From Nitrospinales bacterium (GTDB lineage Bacteria; Nitrospinota; Nitrospinia; Nitrospinales; VA-1): 64,000 nucleotides of DNA. The position numbers and the translations under genes are program-made. The notes beneath the pieces were generated by a model, which had not been told where the DNA came from, searched no databases, and worked only from the letters and a program-made list of their open reading frames with translations. The stretch is taken from NCBI GenBank assembly GCA_965223345.1, contig CBDCWG010000012.1, positions 928,001-992,000 of the forward strand, written 5' to 3'. Positions 49,418 to 59,202 of this stretch are shown in pieces; position 1 is the first letter of the stretch; each line of letters opens with the position of its first letter.

Positions 49418-50353
49418 TTACGCCATCAGTTGTTTCAGGTGGATGAGCACGGAGTCGCTCAGATCGTCGGGGTTGTAGCCGCCTTCGAGCATGGAAATAA
49501 GGCGTCCCCCGCAGATCTCTCCCGCTGCCTGTTTGATGCGTTCCGTCATCTTACCATAGCCTTCGGTGCTTACCTCCATATTCGCGAGCGGGTCGTTGCG
49601 GTGGGCGTCGAAGCCCGCGGAGATGATGATGAGATCGGGCTTGTAGCGGATCATTTCCGGGATCAGCTTGTTCTCGACCAGATCGAGATAGACCTTGTCG
49701 CCGCAGTAGGCGTTTAAGGGAAAGTTGAGCGTCGTGCCCAGGCCGTCCCCGGTGCCGGTTTCGTCCGCGTCTCCGGTGCCGGGATAAAATGGATACTGGT
49801 GGACGCTGGAATAGTAGACGGACGCGTCGCCGTAAAACGAATGCTGGGTTCCGTTGCCGTGATGCACGTCCCAGTCGAAGATGAACACGCGGTTCAGTTT
49901 TTTCTGCTGGATCGCGTAACGGGCGGCGACCGCCACATTGTTGAACAGGCAAAACCCCATCGCGCGCCGCTGTTCGGCGTGGTGTCCGGGCGGCCGCACA
50001 GCGCAGAACGCGTTGCGGTTGTCTTCCTCCAGCACCCAGTCCACCGCGTTCATGCCCGCACCGGCGGCGAGCAGAGCCGCTTCGTAGGACAGGTCGCTCA
50101 CCACGGTGTCCGCATCCAACTGCCGCAGACCCTGCTCGCAGGCTTTTTGCACTTCCGCGACGTAGCCGGAATCGTGGTTGCGGCTGATGTCTTCCGGGCT
50201 GGCTTTGCTGGGTTCTAAAACGGCGAGGTGGGGGTAGATTTCGGAGTCTTTCACCTTGGCGTCGATGGCGCGAAGCCGGCCGGGGTTTTCCGGGTGCGGT
50301 TCGGTATCGTGCTTGAGGTAGAGGGGGTTGTAAAAGTACGCGGTCTGGTTCAC
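49418..50353 (-). CDS. Histone deacetylase family (Zn-dependent deacylase)
   Basis: HPENPGRL, RPPGHHAE, GFCLFNN, DWDVHHGNGTQ, SAGFDAH, LEGGY; GTG start at 50353 after GGAAGGGG. Confidence 0.93.
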   Translation of the reverse strand: MNQTAYFYNPLYLKHDTEPHPENPGRLRAIDAKVKDSEIYPHLAVLEPSKASPEDISRNHDSGYVAEVQKACEQGLRQLDADTVVSDLSYEAALLAAGAGMNAVDWVLEEDNRNAFCAVRPPGHHAEQRRAMGFCLFNNVAVAARYAIQQKKLNRVFIFDWDVHHGNGTQHSFYGDASVYYSSVHQYPFYPGTGDADETGTGDGLGTTLNFPLNAYCGDKVYLDLVENKLIPEMIRYKPDLIIISAGFDAHRNDPLANMEVSTEGYGKMTERIKQAAGEICGGRLISMLEGGYNPDDLSDSVLIHLKQLMA

Positions 50354-50548
50354 TCGATGCCCCTTCCGTTTGAGGATACATCCGGAAATTCCGCCCGCAG
50401 AAGACGGAAGCGATGGCTTGTGCCGCGCGCCCGGCCAGACGCAGCCGGTGCGGTTTGCCGCCGGGCAAACGGGCTGAAGCCTTTGTTTCAATGCAATTTG
50501 ATGAGAGAATAACAAAAACCCCCTGCAGGAGCAACCGGATCGGATTTC

Positions 50549-51715
50549 ATGACGGCCTCGGCGACAGATGAAAAACTCAAAGCGCTCCGGCAAAAGGCGT
50601 TGGCGCTCGGGTTCGACGGATTCGGCGTCACCGCGCCTCAGATGCCGGATGCGGTGCGCAATTACCAGCGCTGGATCGAGCTGGGCTATGAAGGGGAGAT
50701 GGCCTACATGGCGCGCTGGCGGGAAAAGCGCTCGGACATGAACTTAGTGCTCGAAGGCGTGAAAAGCGTGGTCTGCCTGCGCACGGACTACCTCACGGCG
50801 CACAAGGACATGGGTTTTCTGGAAGAGAGGGATGTGGGCGACATCTCGCTCTACGCCCTGAACGAGGATTACCACGATGTGATCGGACCGCGGCTCAAGC
50901 AGCTGGAGCGTTTCATCCGCGAGCAGTGGGCGGGCTGCCAGACGAAAGTGTACGTGGACACCGGGCCGGTGCTGGAAAAACCGCTGGCGCAGCAAGCCGG
51001 GCTGGGCTGGATCGGCAAACACACCAACCTGCTGAGCGAGGGAATCGGCTCCTGGTATTTCCTTTCGGAAATCCTGGTGGACGTCGCGTTGACCGCCTCA
51101 GATCCGGCGCCGGACCGCTGCGGGACCTGCCAGGAATGCATCGACATCTGCCCCACAGGCGCCATCGTCGCGCCTTACGTGCTGGATTCGAGGAAATGCC
51201 TCTCCTACCTCAATATCGAGTACAAGGGGGTGATTCCACTCGAATACCGGAAGGCCATGGGCAACCGCATCTACGGCTGCGACGACTGCCAGATCGTCTG
51301 TCCCTGGAACGAGCACGCGGCGCCGGTGCCGGAAGCGGCGTTCGCCGAGCCTGTGACGACGCGCCGCCTGATCGATCTCATCGGCATGGATGATGCCGCG
51401 TTCCGCGAGCGGTTCCGCAAAAGCCCGATCAAGCGCATCAAGCGGCGCGGATTTTTGCGCAATGTGGCGGTGGCGCTGGGAAATTCCGGCAATCCGGATG
51501 CTGTGGAACCGTTGGTTCGGGTGCTCGATGACGCCGAACCGCTGATCCGGGCGCATGCGGTGTGGGCGCTGGGCGAGCTGCTGGGCGACGCGGCTGCGGC
51601 CCGGGTGCGCACGCCCCTGCAGATTGAGACGGACCCCTGGGTGCTGGCCGAAATCCGCCGGCTGGACCCCGGATTTGCGCCGGTTTCGGGCTCTCAGGCC
51701 GCCGAAGGGCAATAA
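50549..51715 (+). CDS. queG: Epoxyqueuosine reductase
   Basis: YVDTGPVLEK, AGLGWIGKHT, CGTCQECIDICPT, IYGCDDCQIVCPWN, C-terminal HEAT repeats. Confidence 0.95.
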   Translation: MTASATDEKLKALRQKALALGFDGFGVTAPQMPDAVRNYQRWIELGYEGEMAYMARWREKRSDMNLVLEGVKSVVCLRTDYLTAHKDMGFLEERDVGDISLYALNEDYHDVIGPRLKQLERFIREQWAGCQTKVYVDTGPVLEKPLAQQAGLGWIGKHTNLLSEGIGSWYFLSEILVDVALTASDPAPDRCGTCQECIDICPTGAIVAPYVLDSRKCLSYLNIEYKGVIPLEYRKAMGNRIYGCDDCQIVCPWNEHAAPVPEAAFAEPVTTRRLIDLIGMDDAAFRERFRKSPIKRIKRRGFLRNVAVALGNSGNPDAVEPLVRVLDDAEPLIRAHAVWALGELLGDAAAARVRTPLQIETDPWVLAEIRRLDPGFAPVSGSQAAEGQ

Positions 51716-51720
51716 AGCCG

Positions 51721-51750
51721 TTGATAATTCTCGCTTCTTGATCCTATAAT
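51721..51750 (+). promoter_or_regulatory. sigma70 promoter of hemE-hemH
   Basis: TTGATA-18 bp-TATAAT. Confidence 0.65.
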
Positions 51751-51859
51751 CGAAATTCGACCCAATACGACCCACGGGACTTCGGGGGCTTTGAAGGCTC
51801 GATCTGGACCCCACGCCGCACGCACGGCGGCCGTTCCCCAATACTTTTTTGGAAAACGA

Positions 51860-52900
51860 ATGAATACGGAAGAAAACTCTCGATTTTTGAAAGCCTGCCG
51901 GGGCGAGCCGGTGGATGCGACGCCGCTCTGGTTCATGCGCCAGGCGGGCCGCTACATGAAAGCCTACCGCGACCTCAAGGCCAAGTACTCGTTTTTGGAG
52001 ATGTGCCGCACGCCGGAGCTGGCGACGGAAGTCACCATGCAGCCGATCAACGCGCTGGAAGTGGACGCGGCCATCATCTTCGCCGACATTCTGTTGCCGC
52101 TGGAACCGATGGGCACCGGGCTCGAGTTCACGGCCGGAGACGGACCGGTGGTGCCGCGACCGGTGAAGGACGCGAAAGCGGTGGAAAAACTCAAACCGGT
52201 GAACGCGGAAGAACAGCTCGGATACGTGGGCGATGCGATCCGCATGGTGCGCAGCGAATTGTCCGGCAAGGTGCCGTTGATCGGGTTCGCCGGCGCGCCG
52301 TTCACGCTGTGCAGTTATATGGTCGAGGGTGGCAAGTCGAAAGAATTCACGGCGACCAAGATGATGATGTTCGAAGCCACCGACATTTGGGAACAGCTCA
52401 TGGACAAGGTGTGCACGGTGCTGATCGACTACCTGCAGATGCAGGTGAAAGCCGGCGCGCAGGCGCTGCAGATATTCGACAGCTGGGTCGGCTGCATCAG
52501 TCCTTACGATTACGAGCGGTTCATCCTGCCGCACACGAAGCGGGTGATCACCGAACTGCAGAAAACCGGCGTTCCGGTGATCAACTTCAGCACCGGCACC
52601 TCGGCGATGGTGAACCGGGTGCACCAGGCCGGCGGCGATGTGATCAGTTTCGACTGGCGCATCGCGCTCGATGAAGCCTGGGAAAAAGTCGGTTTCGATC
52701 AGCCGGTGCAGGGCAACCTCGATCCCTCGGTGCTGTTCGCGCCGATTCCTGTGATCAAGGAGCGGGTGACGGACATCCTCAAGCGGGCCGGCGGCCGGCC
52801 GGGACATATCTTCAACCTGGGTCACGGCATTTTGCAGCACACGCCCGTGGATCATGTGAAGGCGGTCTGCGACATGGTGCACGAATACCGTCATGCGTGA
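51860..52900 (+). CDS. hemE: Uroporphyrinogen decarboxylase
   Basis: WFMRQAGRY, DAAIIFADIL, LIGFAGAPFT, QGNLDP, FNLGHG. Confidence 0.98.
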   Translation: MNTEENSRFLKACRGEPVDATPLWFMRQAGRYMKAYRDLKAKYSFLEMCRTPELATEVTMQPINALEVDAAIIFADILLPLEPMGTGLEFTAGDGPVVPRPVKDAKAVEKLKPVNAEEQLGYVGDAIRMVRSELSGKVPLIGFAGAPFTLCSYMVEGGKSKEFTATKMMMFEATDIWEQLMDKVCTVLIDYLQMQVKAGAQALQIFDSWVGCISPYDYERFILPHTKRVITELQKTGVPVINFSTGTSAMVNRVHQAGGDVISFDWRIALDEAWEKVGFDQPVQGNLDPSVLFAPIPVIKERVTDILKRAGGRPGHIFNLGHGILQHTPVDHVKAVCDMVHEYRHA

Positions 52901-53840
52901 CGATTCCTCCAGCGTGACCGAACCTCCCACCGGAATTTTGCTGCTGGCGCACGGCGCGCCCAACTCGGTTGACGACATCCCCCTCTATCTGAAAAACATC
53001 CGCGGCGGCACCGAATCCTCGCCGGAAGTCGTGAGTCTGATCCGCGAGCGGTACCAGGCCATCGGTGGCAGCTCGCCGCTGCTCGAGATCACGCAGGCGC
53101 AGGCCGCCGCTCTGGAAAAATACATCAACCAGGACGGCGGCGGCTTCAAGGTCTATTTCGGGATGCGGAACTGGAGCCCGTACATCGAAGACGTGGTGCG
53201 TCAGATGCTTGCGGACGGGGTCCGGAAAATTCTGGTGATCTGCCTCGCGCCCCAGTACAGTAAGTGGAGCACCGAACGTTATTTTCAGTCTTTCAAGGAC
53301 GCGCTGAAAGCCTGCGGCGCGCCGGATGTGGAGGTGCGCACCGTTTCCAGCTGGTCGAACCACCCTTGCCTCATCGATGCGTTTGTGGAACGCTATCAGG
53401 AAGCGCTCTACCGGCTCCATGAGATGGGCAAGGACCGCATCTACACGATTTTCACGGTGCACAGCATTCCCGCGGCTTCTCTGGATGAGGGCGACCCCTA
53501 TGCCGAGGAATACGACCGCACTCTGCAGGGCATCGTGCAGCGGGTGCAGCCGTACCGGTGGTATCAGGCGTACCAGAGTCAGGGGATGATCCCGGTGCCC
53601 TGGCTCGGCCCGACGGTGGAGTCGGCGCTGGACAAGATCGCCCGCTACGGTCCGCGCACGGTGCTCGTGGTTCCGGTGGGGTTCGTTTCCGATCACATCG
53701 AAGTGCTTTACGACATCGATATCGAGTTCAAAAACTACGCGCGTCAACGCAAGCTGGATCTGCACCGCACCGAATCGATGAACCTCTCGCCGCGTTTCAT
53801 CGAAGCGATGGCGGCGGTGGCCTGGGAACACCTGGTGTGA
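52893..53840 (+). CDS. hemH: Ferrochelatase (CpfC-like sequence)
   Basis: GILLLAHGAP, RYQAIGGSSPL, FTVHSIP, WLGP, GFVSDHIEVLYDID. Confidence 0.93.
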   Translation: MRDDSSSVTEPPTGILLLAHGAPNSVDDIPLYLKNIRGGTESSPEVVSLIRERYQAIGGSSPLLEITQAQAAALEKYINQDGGGFKVYFGMRNWSPYIEDVVRQMLADGVRKILVICLAPQYSKWSTERYFQSFKDALKACGAPDVEVRTVSSWSNHPCLIDAFVERYQEALYRLHEMGKDRIYTIFTVHSIPAASLDEGDPYAEEYDRTLQGIVQRVQPYRWYQAYQSQGMIPVPWLGPTVESALDKIARYGPRTVLVVPVGFVSDHIEVLYDIDIEFKNYARQRKLDLHRTESMNLSPRFIEAMAAVAWEHLV

Positions 53841-53982
53841 GCGCCGCGCCGGAATCCGCAACAGGGCTGGGTTTCCGGGCAGGGAATTAAAAAAATTTAA
53901 TGCTGCATTAATCCTTTTTTCAATTTGGTTTTTTTAATCTGTTGGCGACCTGCAAATTGAATCGTGAAAAGGAACCTGGATT

Positions 53983-55101
53983 ATGTTAAAAGCAAACTGG
54001 CTTAAAACAGGAACGATCGCTGCGTTCGCAGGGATGCTGATTTTGGCGGGGACGGCGACGCCCCTGTTTTCGCAAACAAAAAATCTCTGGACGGAGCAAC
54101 GGGATCCCTCGCCGTCCGAAAAAGTGATCATCGGCGGCGACCTGTTCAGCCGTCTGGCGGAAAAGCTCAGTCCGACGGTCGTCAACGTGCGGTCGTTGAA
54201 ACAGGTGGACCCGCGCATCGCGGACTATCCGTTCCGCACAACGCCCGGCCCGAATCAACCCCCCTCCTACCAGCAGCGGGGAGAAGGGTCCGGCTTCATC
54301 ATCAACAAGGACGGGTACATCCTGACCAACGCACACGTGGTGCTGGGATCGGATCAGGTGCAGGTGGCCCTGTCCGACGGCAAGCTGTTTGCCGGAAAAC
54401 CGGTGGGCATCGATGTGGAAACCGACATCGCGTTGATCAAGATCGATTCGCCGACCCCGCTGCCGGTGCTGCCTTTGGGCAGTTCGGAAAAGCTGAAACC
54501 GGGTGAATGGGTGATGGCGATCGGCAGTCCGTTCGGTTTCGATCTGACCGTGACCGCCGGCATCGTGAGCGGCAAAGGGCGTTCCCTCGGGTCGAACCCG
54601 TTCGACGATTACATCCAGACCGACACGCCGATCAATCCGGGCAACAGCGGCGGGCCGTTGATCAACACGCGCGGGGAAGCGGTGGGCATCAACACGGCGG
54701 TCCTGGCGCAGGGTCAGGGACTGGGCTTCTCGGTGCCCATCGACCTGGTGAAAAAGCTCATACCGCAACTCAGGGAAAAGGGCTATGTGGTGCGCAGCTG
54801 GCTGGGCGTGAACGTGCAGGACGTGACGCTCGCCATCAAGGATGCGCTCAAACTCAAGGTCGATCAGGGCTCCTTCGTGGTGGAGGTGGTGGCGCAGGGT
54901 CCGGCGTACGCGGCGGGCATTCAGGCGAACGACGTGATCGTCGAGTTCGACGGCCACCCGATCAAGACCTCCCGCGACCTGCCCAAACTGATCGCGCATT
55001 CTCCGCCGGGCAAGCTGGTTCCCCTGAAACTGATGCGCGGCGGCAAACTCGTCGAGCTCAAGGTCAAGCTGCAGGAGATGCCCCGCCGGGGCCGGCCGTA
55101 A
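53983..55101 (+). CDS. HtrA/DegP-family periplasmic serine protease with a single PDZ domain
   Basis: Signal peptide, GSGFII, TNAHVV, DIALIK, INPGNSGGPL, one PDZ. Confidence 0.93.
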   Translation: MLKANWLKTGTIAAFAGMLILAGTATPLFSQTKNLWTEQRDPSPSEKVIIGGDLFSRLAEKLSPTVVNVRSLKQVDPRIADYPFRTTPGPNQPPSYQQRGEGSGFIINKDGYILTNAHVVLGSDQVQVALSDGKLFAGKPVGIDVETDIALIKIDSPTPLPVLPLGSSEKLKPGEWVMAIGSPFGFDLTVTAGIVSGKGRSLGSNPFDDYIQTDTPINPGNSGGPLINTRGEAVGINTAVLAQGQGLGFSVPIDLVKKLIPQLREKGYVVRSWLGVNVQDVTLAIKDALKLKVDQGSFVVEVVAQGPAYAAGIQANDVIVEFDGHPIKTSRDLPKLIAHSPPGKLVPLKLMRGGKLVELKVKLQEMPRRGRP

Positions 55102-55199
55102 CACCTCTTAAATTCAAAGCAAGCGGAATCCACTCCGGTTTCCACCGGTGTGTTCCGCTCGTTCGCCTTCAACCCTTTCATTCCTGACACACTCAATCC

Positions 55200-57362
55200 A
55201 TGCTCCTCGACTCCCTGAATCCGCAGCAGTTGATGGCGGTGCAGCACACCGAAGGTCCCCTGATCGTCGTCGCCGGCGCCGGTTCGGGAAAAACGCGGGT
55301 GATCACCAGCCGCATCGCTTACCTGATCCACGAGCGCGGCGTCCCGCCCGAAAGCATCCTGGCGATCACGTTCACCAACAAGGCGGCGGGAGAGATGAAA
55401 GAACGGATCCACAGCATGCTGGGGGATGTGGATTCCCGGCCCTGGATCAGCACCTTTCACTCGTTCTGCCTTCGGGTTCTCAGGCAGCACATCGAGGCGC
55501 TGGGCCGGCCGAAGGATTTTGTGATCTACGATGCGCAGGACCAGCTGTCGCTGCTCAAGCAGTGCATGAAAACCGCTTCGGCCAACGAAGAGGCGTTTCC
55601 TCCCAAAACCCTGCTGCACCACATCAGCGGTTTCAAAAACGATTTTCTGATGCCGGCGGACATCGATAAAGATGCGCTGCCGTTCGGCAACAAGATGAAG
55701 GCGGCGGAAGTGTATCCGGTCTATCAGGAGGGGCTGAAAAAAAACAACGCGCTCGATTTCGACGACCTGCTGGTCTGGACCGTGCGCCTGCTTGCGGAGT
55801 CGGAATCGGCGGCGCGCTATTTCAATTCCCGCTTCGAACACATCCTGGTCGATGAGTTTCAGGACACGAATCTCACGCAGTACAAGCTGCTGCGGCTGTT
55901 GACGGCGCAGCACCGCAACGTCTGCGTGGTGGGGGACGACGACCAGAGCATCTATCGCTGGCGTGGGGCCAACCTGGAAAACCTGCTGCATTTCGAAAAG
56001 GACTATCCGGGCACCGTTGTCATCAAGCTGGAGGAAAACTACCGCTCCACCCAGAACATTCTCAAAGCCGCAGGCGCCGTGGTGGAGGAAAACACCAAGC
56101 GCCGGCCGAAAACCCTGTGGACGCAGAACGAGGCGGGCGAGCCGGTGCGTTATTACCGGGCGGAGGATGAGATCGATGAGGCGCGTTCGATCGGCGAAGC
56201 GATCATCAAGTTCAACGAGGAGGAGGGCATCTCCTTCAGCAACATGGCGGTGCTGTACCGCACCAACGCGCAGTCGCGGGTGATGGAGGACATGCTGCGC
56301 TCGCGCGGCATTCAGCACCAGGTGATCGGCGGCCTGAAATTTTACGCGCGCAAGGAGATCAAGGACATCCTCAGCTTCATGCGGGTGGTGCTCAACCCGG
56401 ACGATTCGATTTCTTTGAAACGCATCATCAACGTTCCCGCGCGCGGCATTGGCAAGACCTCGCTCGACAAGATCGACGCGCATTGCGCGGCCAACAACCT
56501 CTCCTTCATGCAGGGCTTGAAGGAAGCGGAAGCGGTCACGTCCACGGCGGTGGGGAAGAAAATCGCTAAATTCGTCGGCATGATCGAGGATCTGGAGTCG
56601 GTGTTCCGCACCGGTTCACCGCTGGATTTTTTGCGCGAGGTGATGGAGCGCACCGGTTATCTGGACATGCTGCGCAAGGAGGGCTCGCCCGAGAGCCAGA
56701 GCCGCATGGAGAACCTGCAGGAATTGTATTCCGCCCTCGAACAGGAGGTGGAGAAAAACAACGTCACCCTGCAGGAGTTTCTCGATACCACCGCCCTGGT
56801 CTCGGATCTGGACACGCTGGAGGATTCGCGCGGCGTCCTGCCGTTGATGACGCTGCACACCTGCAAGGGGCTCGAATTCGACGTGGCGTTCATCATCGGC
56901 ATGGAGGACGGCCTGCTGCCGCACAACAGTTCGATGTCGGACCCCGACGAGTTTGAGGAAGAACGGCGGCTGTGCTATGTTGGATTCACACGGGCCCGAA
57001 AACGGTTGATCCTGAGCAACGCGCGGCGGCGCAAGATTTACGGCAGTCACTTCAGCTATCCGCCGTCGCAGTTTCTGGCTTCGATTCCCAGCGAGGTGCT
57101 GGTGACGGAGCGCAGCCGCGAGACTCCGGTGTATCGGGACAAGAGCCCCTCTTACGCGGTGAGCGAGCCTGCGGGATACGCGGCGGCTTCCACGCCGAAG
57201 GAATATTCCATCGGCAGCAAGGTGCTGCATCCCACGTTCGGCAAAGGGGTGGTCATCAACCGCATGGGCAATGAAAAGGATCTCAAGGTGGAAATATTTT
57301 TCAAGCCGCCGCATGGCAAGAAAAAGCTGGCTGTCAACCATGCGAAGCTGATTCCGCTTTGA
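55200..57362 (+). CDS. pcrA: ATP-dependent DNA helicase UvrD/PcrA
   Basis: AGAGSGKT, TFTNKAA, DEFQDTN, VGDDDQSIYRWRGA, EEERRLCYVG, C-terminal VLHPTFGKG domain. Confidence 0.93.
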   Translation: MLLDSLNPQQLMAVQHTEGPLIVVAGAGSGKTRVITSRIAYLIHERGVPPESILAITFTNKAAGEMKERIHSMLGDVDSRPWISTFHSFCLRVLRQHIEALGRPKDFVIYDAQDQLSLLKQCMKTASANEEAFPPKTLLHHISGFKNDFLMPADIDKDALPFGNKMKAAEVYPVYQEGLKKNNALDFDDLLVWTVRLLAESESAARYFNSRFEHILVDEFQDTNLTQYKLLRLLTAQHRNVCVVGDDDQSIYRWRGANLENLLHFEKDYPGTVVIKLEENYRSTQNILKAAGAVVEENTKRRPKTLWTQNEAGEPVRYYRAEDEIDEARSIGEAIIKFNEEEGISFSNMAVLYRTNAQSRVMEDMLRSRGIQHQVIGGLKFYARKEIKDILSFMRVVLNPDDSISLKRIINVPARGIGKTSLDKIDAHCAANNLSFMQGLKEAEAVTSTAVGKKIAKFVGMIEDLESVFRTGSPLDFLREVMERTGYLDMLRKEGSPESQSRMENLQELYSALEQEVEKNNVTLQEFLDTTALVSDLDTLEDSRGVLPLMTLHTCKGLEFDVAFIIGMEDGLLPHNSSMSDPDEFEEERRLCYVGFTRARKRLILSNARRRKIYGSHFSYPPSQFLASIPSEVLVTERSRETPVYRDKSPSYAVSEPAGYAAASTPKEYSIGSKVLHPTFGKGVVINRMGNEKDLKVEIFFKPPHGKKKLAVNHAKLIPL

Positions 57363-57398
57363 GATGCGAGCGGTGTGCAATCTCTGGAGGGCGACACG

Positions 57399-57704
57399 AT
57401 GCCATACACTCACATGAGAGTTTTGCTGTTGTTCGTGGTTTTTTTCATCGGCTCGGCGGTGGCCGCCGGGGCGGGTGAGGGCGTTGCGTTTTCGGGCAAG
57501 GTCAAGAAGGTGCTGCCGGCGAAAAACAAGGTGGCGATCAAGGACCCGGAAACCAAGAAACGGTTCACGCTGATCGTGGACGACAAGACCAAGATGACCG
57601 GCTGGAAGGGCATTCAGGACATCAAAAAAGGCGATGCGATTCAGGGCACCTACGTGGTCACGGAAAAAGGGCTGTACGTGGCGCTGGAGCTGAAGGGGAA
57701 GTAG
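57399..57704 (+). CDS. Small exported beta-rich (OB-fold-like) hypothetical protein
   Basis: GGAGG SD; signal peptide; FSGKVKKV...IKKGDAIQGTY pattern. Confidence 0.7.
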   Translation: MPYTHMRVLLLFVVFFIGSAVAAGAGEGVAFSGKVKKVLPAKNKVAIKDPETKKRFTLIVDDKTKMTGWKGIQDIKKGDAIQGTYVVTEKGLYVALELKGK

Positions 57705-57775
57705 GTCCTCGCCGGCACGTCGTGAGCTGAAGGTTCCTCAGCGTGTCGAGGAATCAGGGGAATCGCTGCGACTGT

Positions 57776-59083
57776 TTACAGTGTCGATTCGGCCGGATGC
57801 GGTCTGGTTTTGAGAAGTTTTTCCAGTTTTTCCCTGCCGCCGGGGGGCAGCCTGAGGCTCAACAGCAGGGTGTCTTCGCGGTAATCCTCTTTCACCACGA
57901 CAAACTGTTTGCGGATTTCCGGCAGCAGCTCGGCCTGCGAATACCCGAGCTCAAGAATGTAGGAGGTCAGTCGGCTTTCGTAATGCTGGACGATCTCCTT
58001 GCGCAGGCGGTCCAACCCCTCTCCGGTTTTGCAGGAGATCAACACGGCCTGCGGCCAGCGGTCCAGCACGTCGGCCAGGATCTCGGGATCGGTCACCCGG
58101 TCGATCTTGTTGAACACCAGGATCGAGTCGATTTCCCACGCGTCCATTTCGTGCAGGACGTTGTCCACGGTTTCGAGCTGCTTGCGATGATTGGGGTGGC
58201 TCAGATCGACGACTTTGAGCAACAGGTCCGCCTCGCGGACTTCGTCGAGCGTGCTTTTGAAGGAAGCCACCAGATCGTGCGGCAGCTTGTCGATCAGCCC
58301 GACCGTGTCCGCCAGCAGCACCGGGTAGGGGAAGTTTTTTTTGATCTTGCGTATGGTCGGGTCGAGCGTGGCGAACAGTTTGTTTTCCACCAGCGTGTCG
58401 GCGCCGGTGAGCGCGTTCATCAGCGTGGATTTGCCGACGTTGGTGTATCCCACCAGCGACACGCGGAACATCCCCTGGCGGGTTTTCCGCTGCGTCTTTT
58501 TTTCCCGGTCGATCTGTTTGAGCTTGCGTTCCAGCTTGGTGATCTGATCGCGGATCAGCCGCCGGTCGAGCTGGATCTGCGTTTCACCGACGTCCTTCAG
58601 ACCGATGCCGCCGCGCTGCCGCGAAAGATGGCCCCACATGCGCGTCAACCGGGGCAGGGCGTACTTCAGCCGCGCCAGTTCGACCTGGGTCTTGGCTTCG
58701 CGCGTGCGGGCGTGCTCCTGGAAGATTTCCAGAATCAGCCAGGAGCGGTCGATCACCCGGCATTTCAGAATCGATTCGAGGTTGCGGTTCTGACCGGGGG
58801 AGAGTTCGGTGTCGAAGATCACCACCTGCGGTTCGTGGTGCCGCACCGCCTGCTGCAACTCTTCCACCTTGCCCGAGCCCAGCAGGGTTTTGGGATTGAT
58901 GGTGGAAAGTTTCTGCCGGAGTTCCGCCACCGGCTCGTAGTGTGCGGTCACGGCCAGTCCCTGCAATTCTTCCAGCGAAAGCTGCATGGGGACGGAGCCG
59001 TTGCGGGGCAGTTCGATGCCCACCAGGATCGCTTTGCTGGATGCGGGGGTCTCGTCTTGAATGTGGTAAAAACGTGGCTTCAT
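57776..59083 (-). CDS. hflX: Ribosome-splitting GTPase HflX
   Basis: QVELARLKY, GETQIQLDRR, GYTNVGKST, LFATLDPT, DTVG, NKID. Confidence 0.97.
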   Translation of the reverse strand: MKPRFYHIQDETPASSKAILVGIELPRNGSVPMQLSLEELQGLAVTAHYEPVAELRQKLSTINPKTLLGSGKVEELQQAVRHHEPQVVIFDTELSPGQNRNLESILKCRVIDRSWLILEIFQEHARTREAKTQVELARLKYALPRLTRMWGHLSRQRGGIGLKDVGETQIQLDRRLIRDQITKLERKLKQIDREKKTQRKTRQGMFRVSLVGYTNVGKSTLMNALTGADTLVENKLFATLDPTIRKIKKNFPYPVLLADTVGLIDKLPHDLVASFKSTLDEVREADLLLKVVDLSHPNHRKQLETVDNVLHEMDAWEIDSILVFNKIDRVTDPEILADVLDRWPQAVLISCKTGEGLDRLRKEIVQHYESRLTSYILELGYSQAELLPEIRKQFVVVKEDYREDTLLLSLRLPPGGREKLEKLLKTRPHPAESTL

Positions 59084-59202
59084 AATAGATCTTCATTATA
59101 GCGCATTTCAGCGGCCTCTGCCGGAAGGGCTCCGGAAGGTCGCCGAACCCTCATTCTGGGCCCGCAGGGGGCGGTTGGACGCGGGTCTGCGGCCCGGCGG
59201 GA

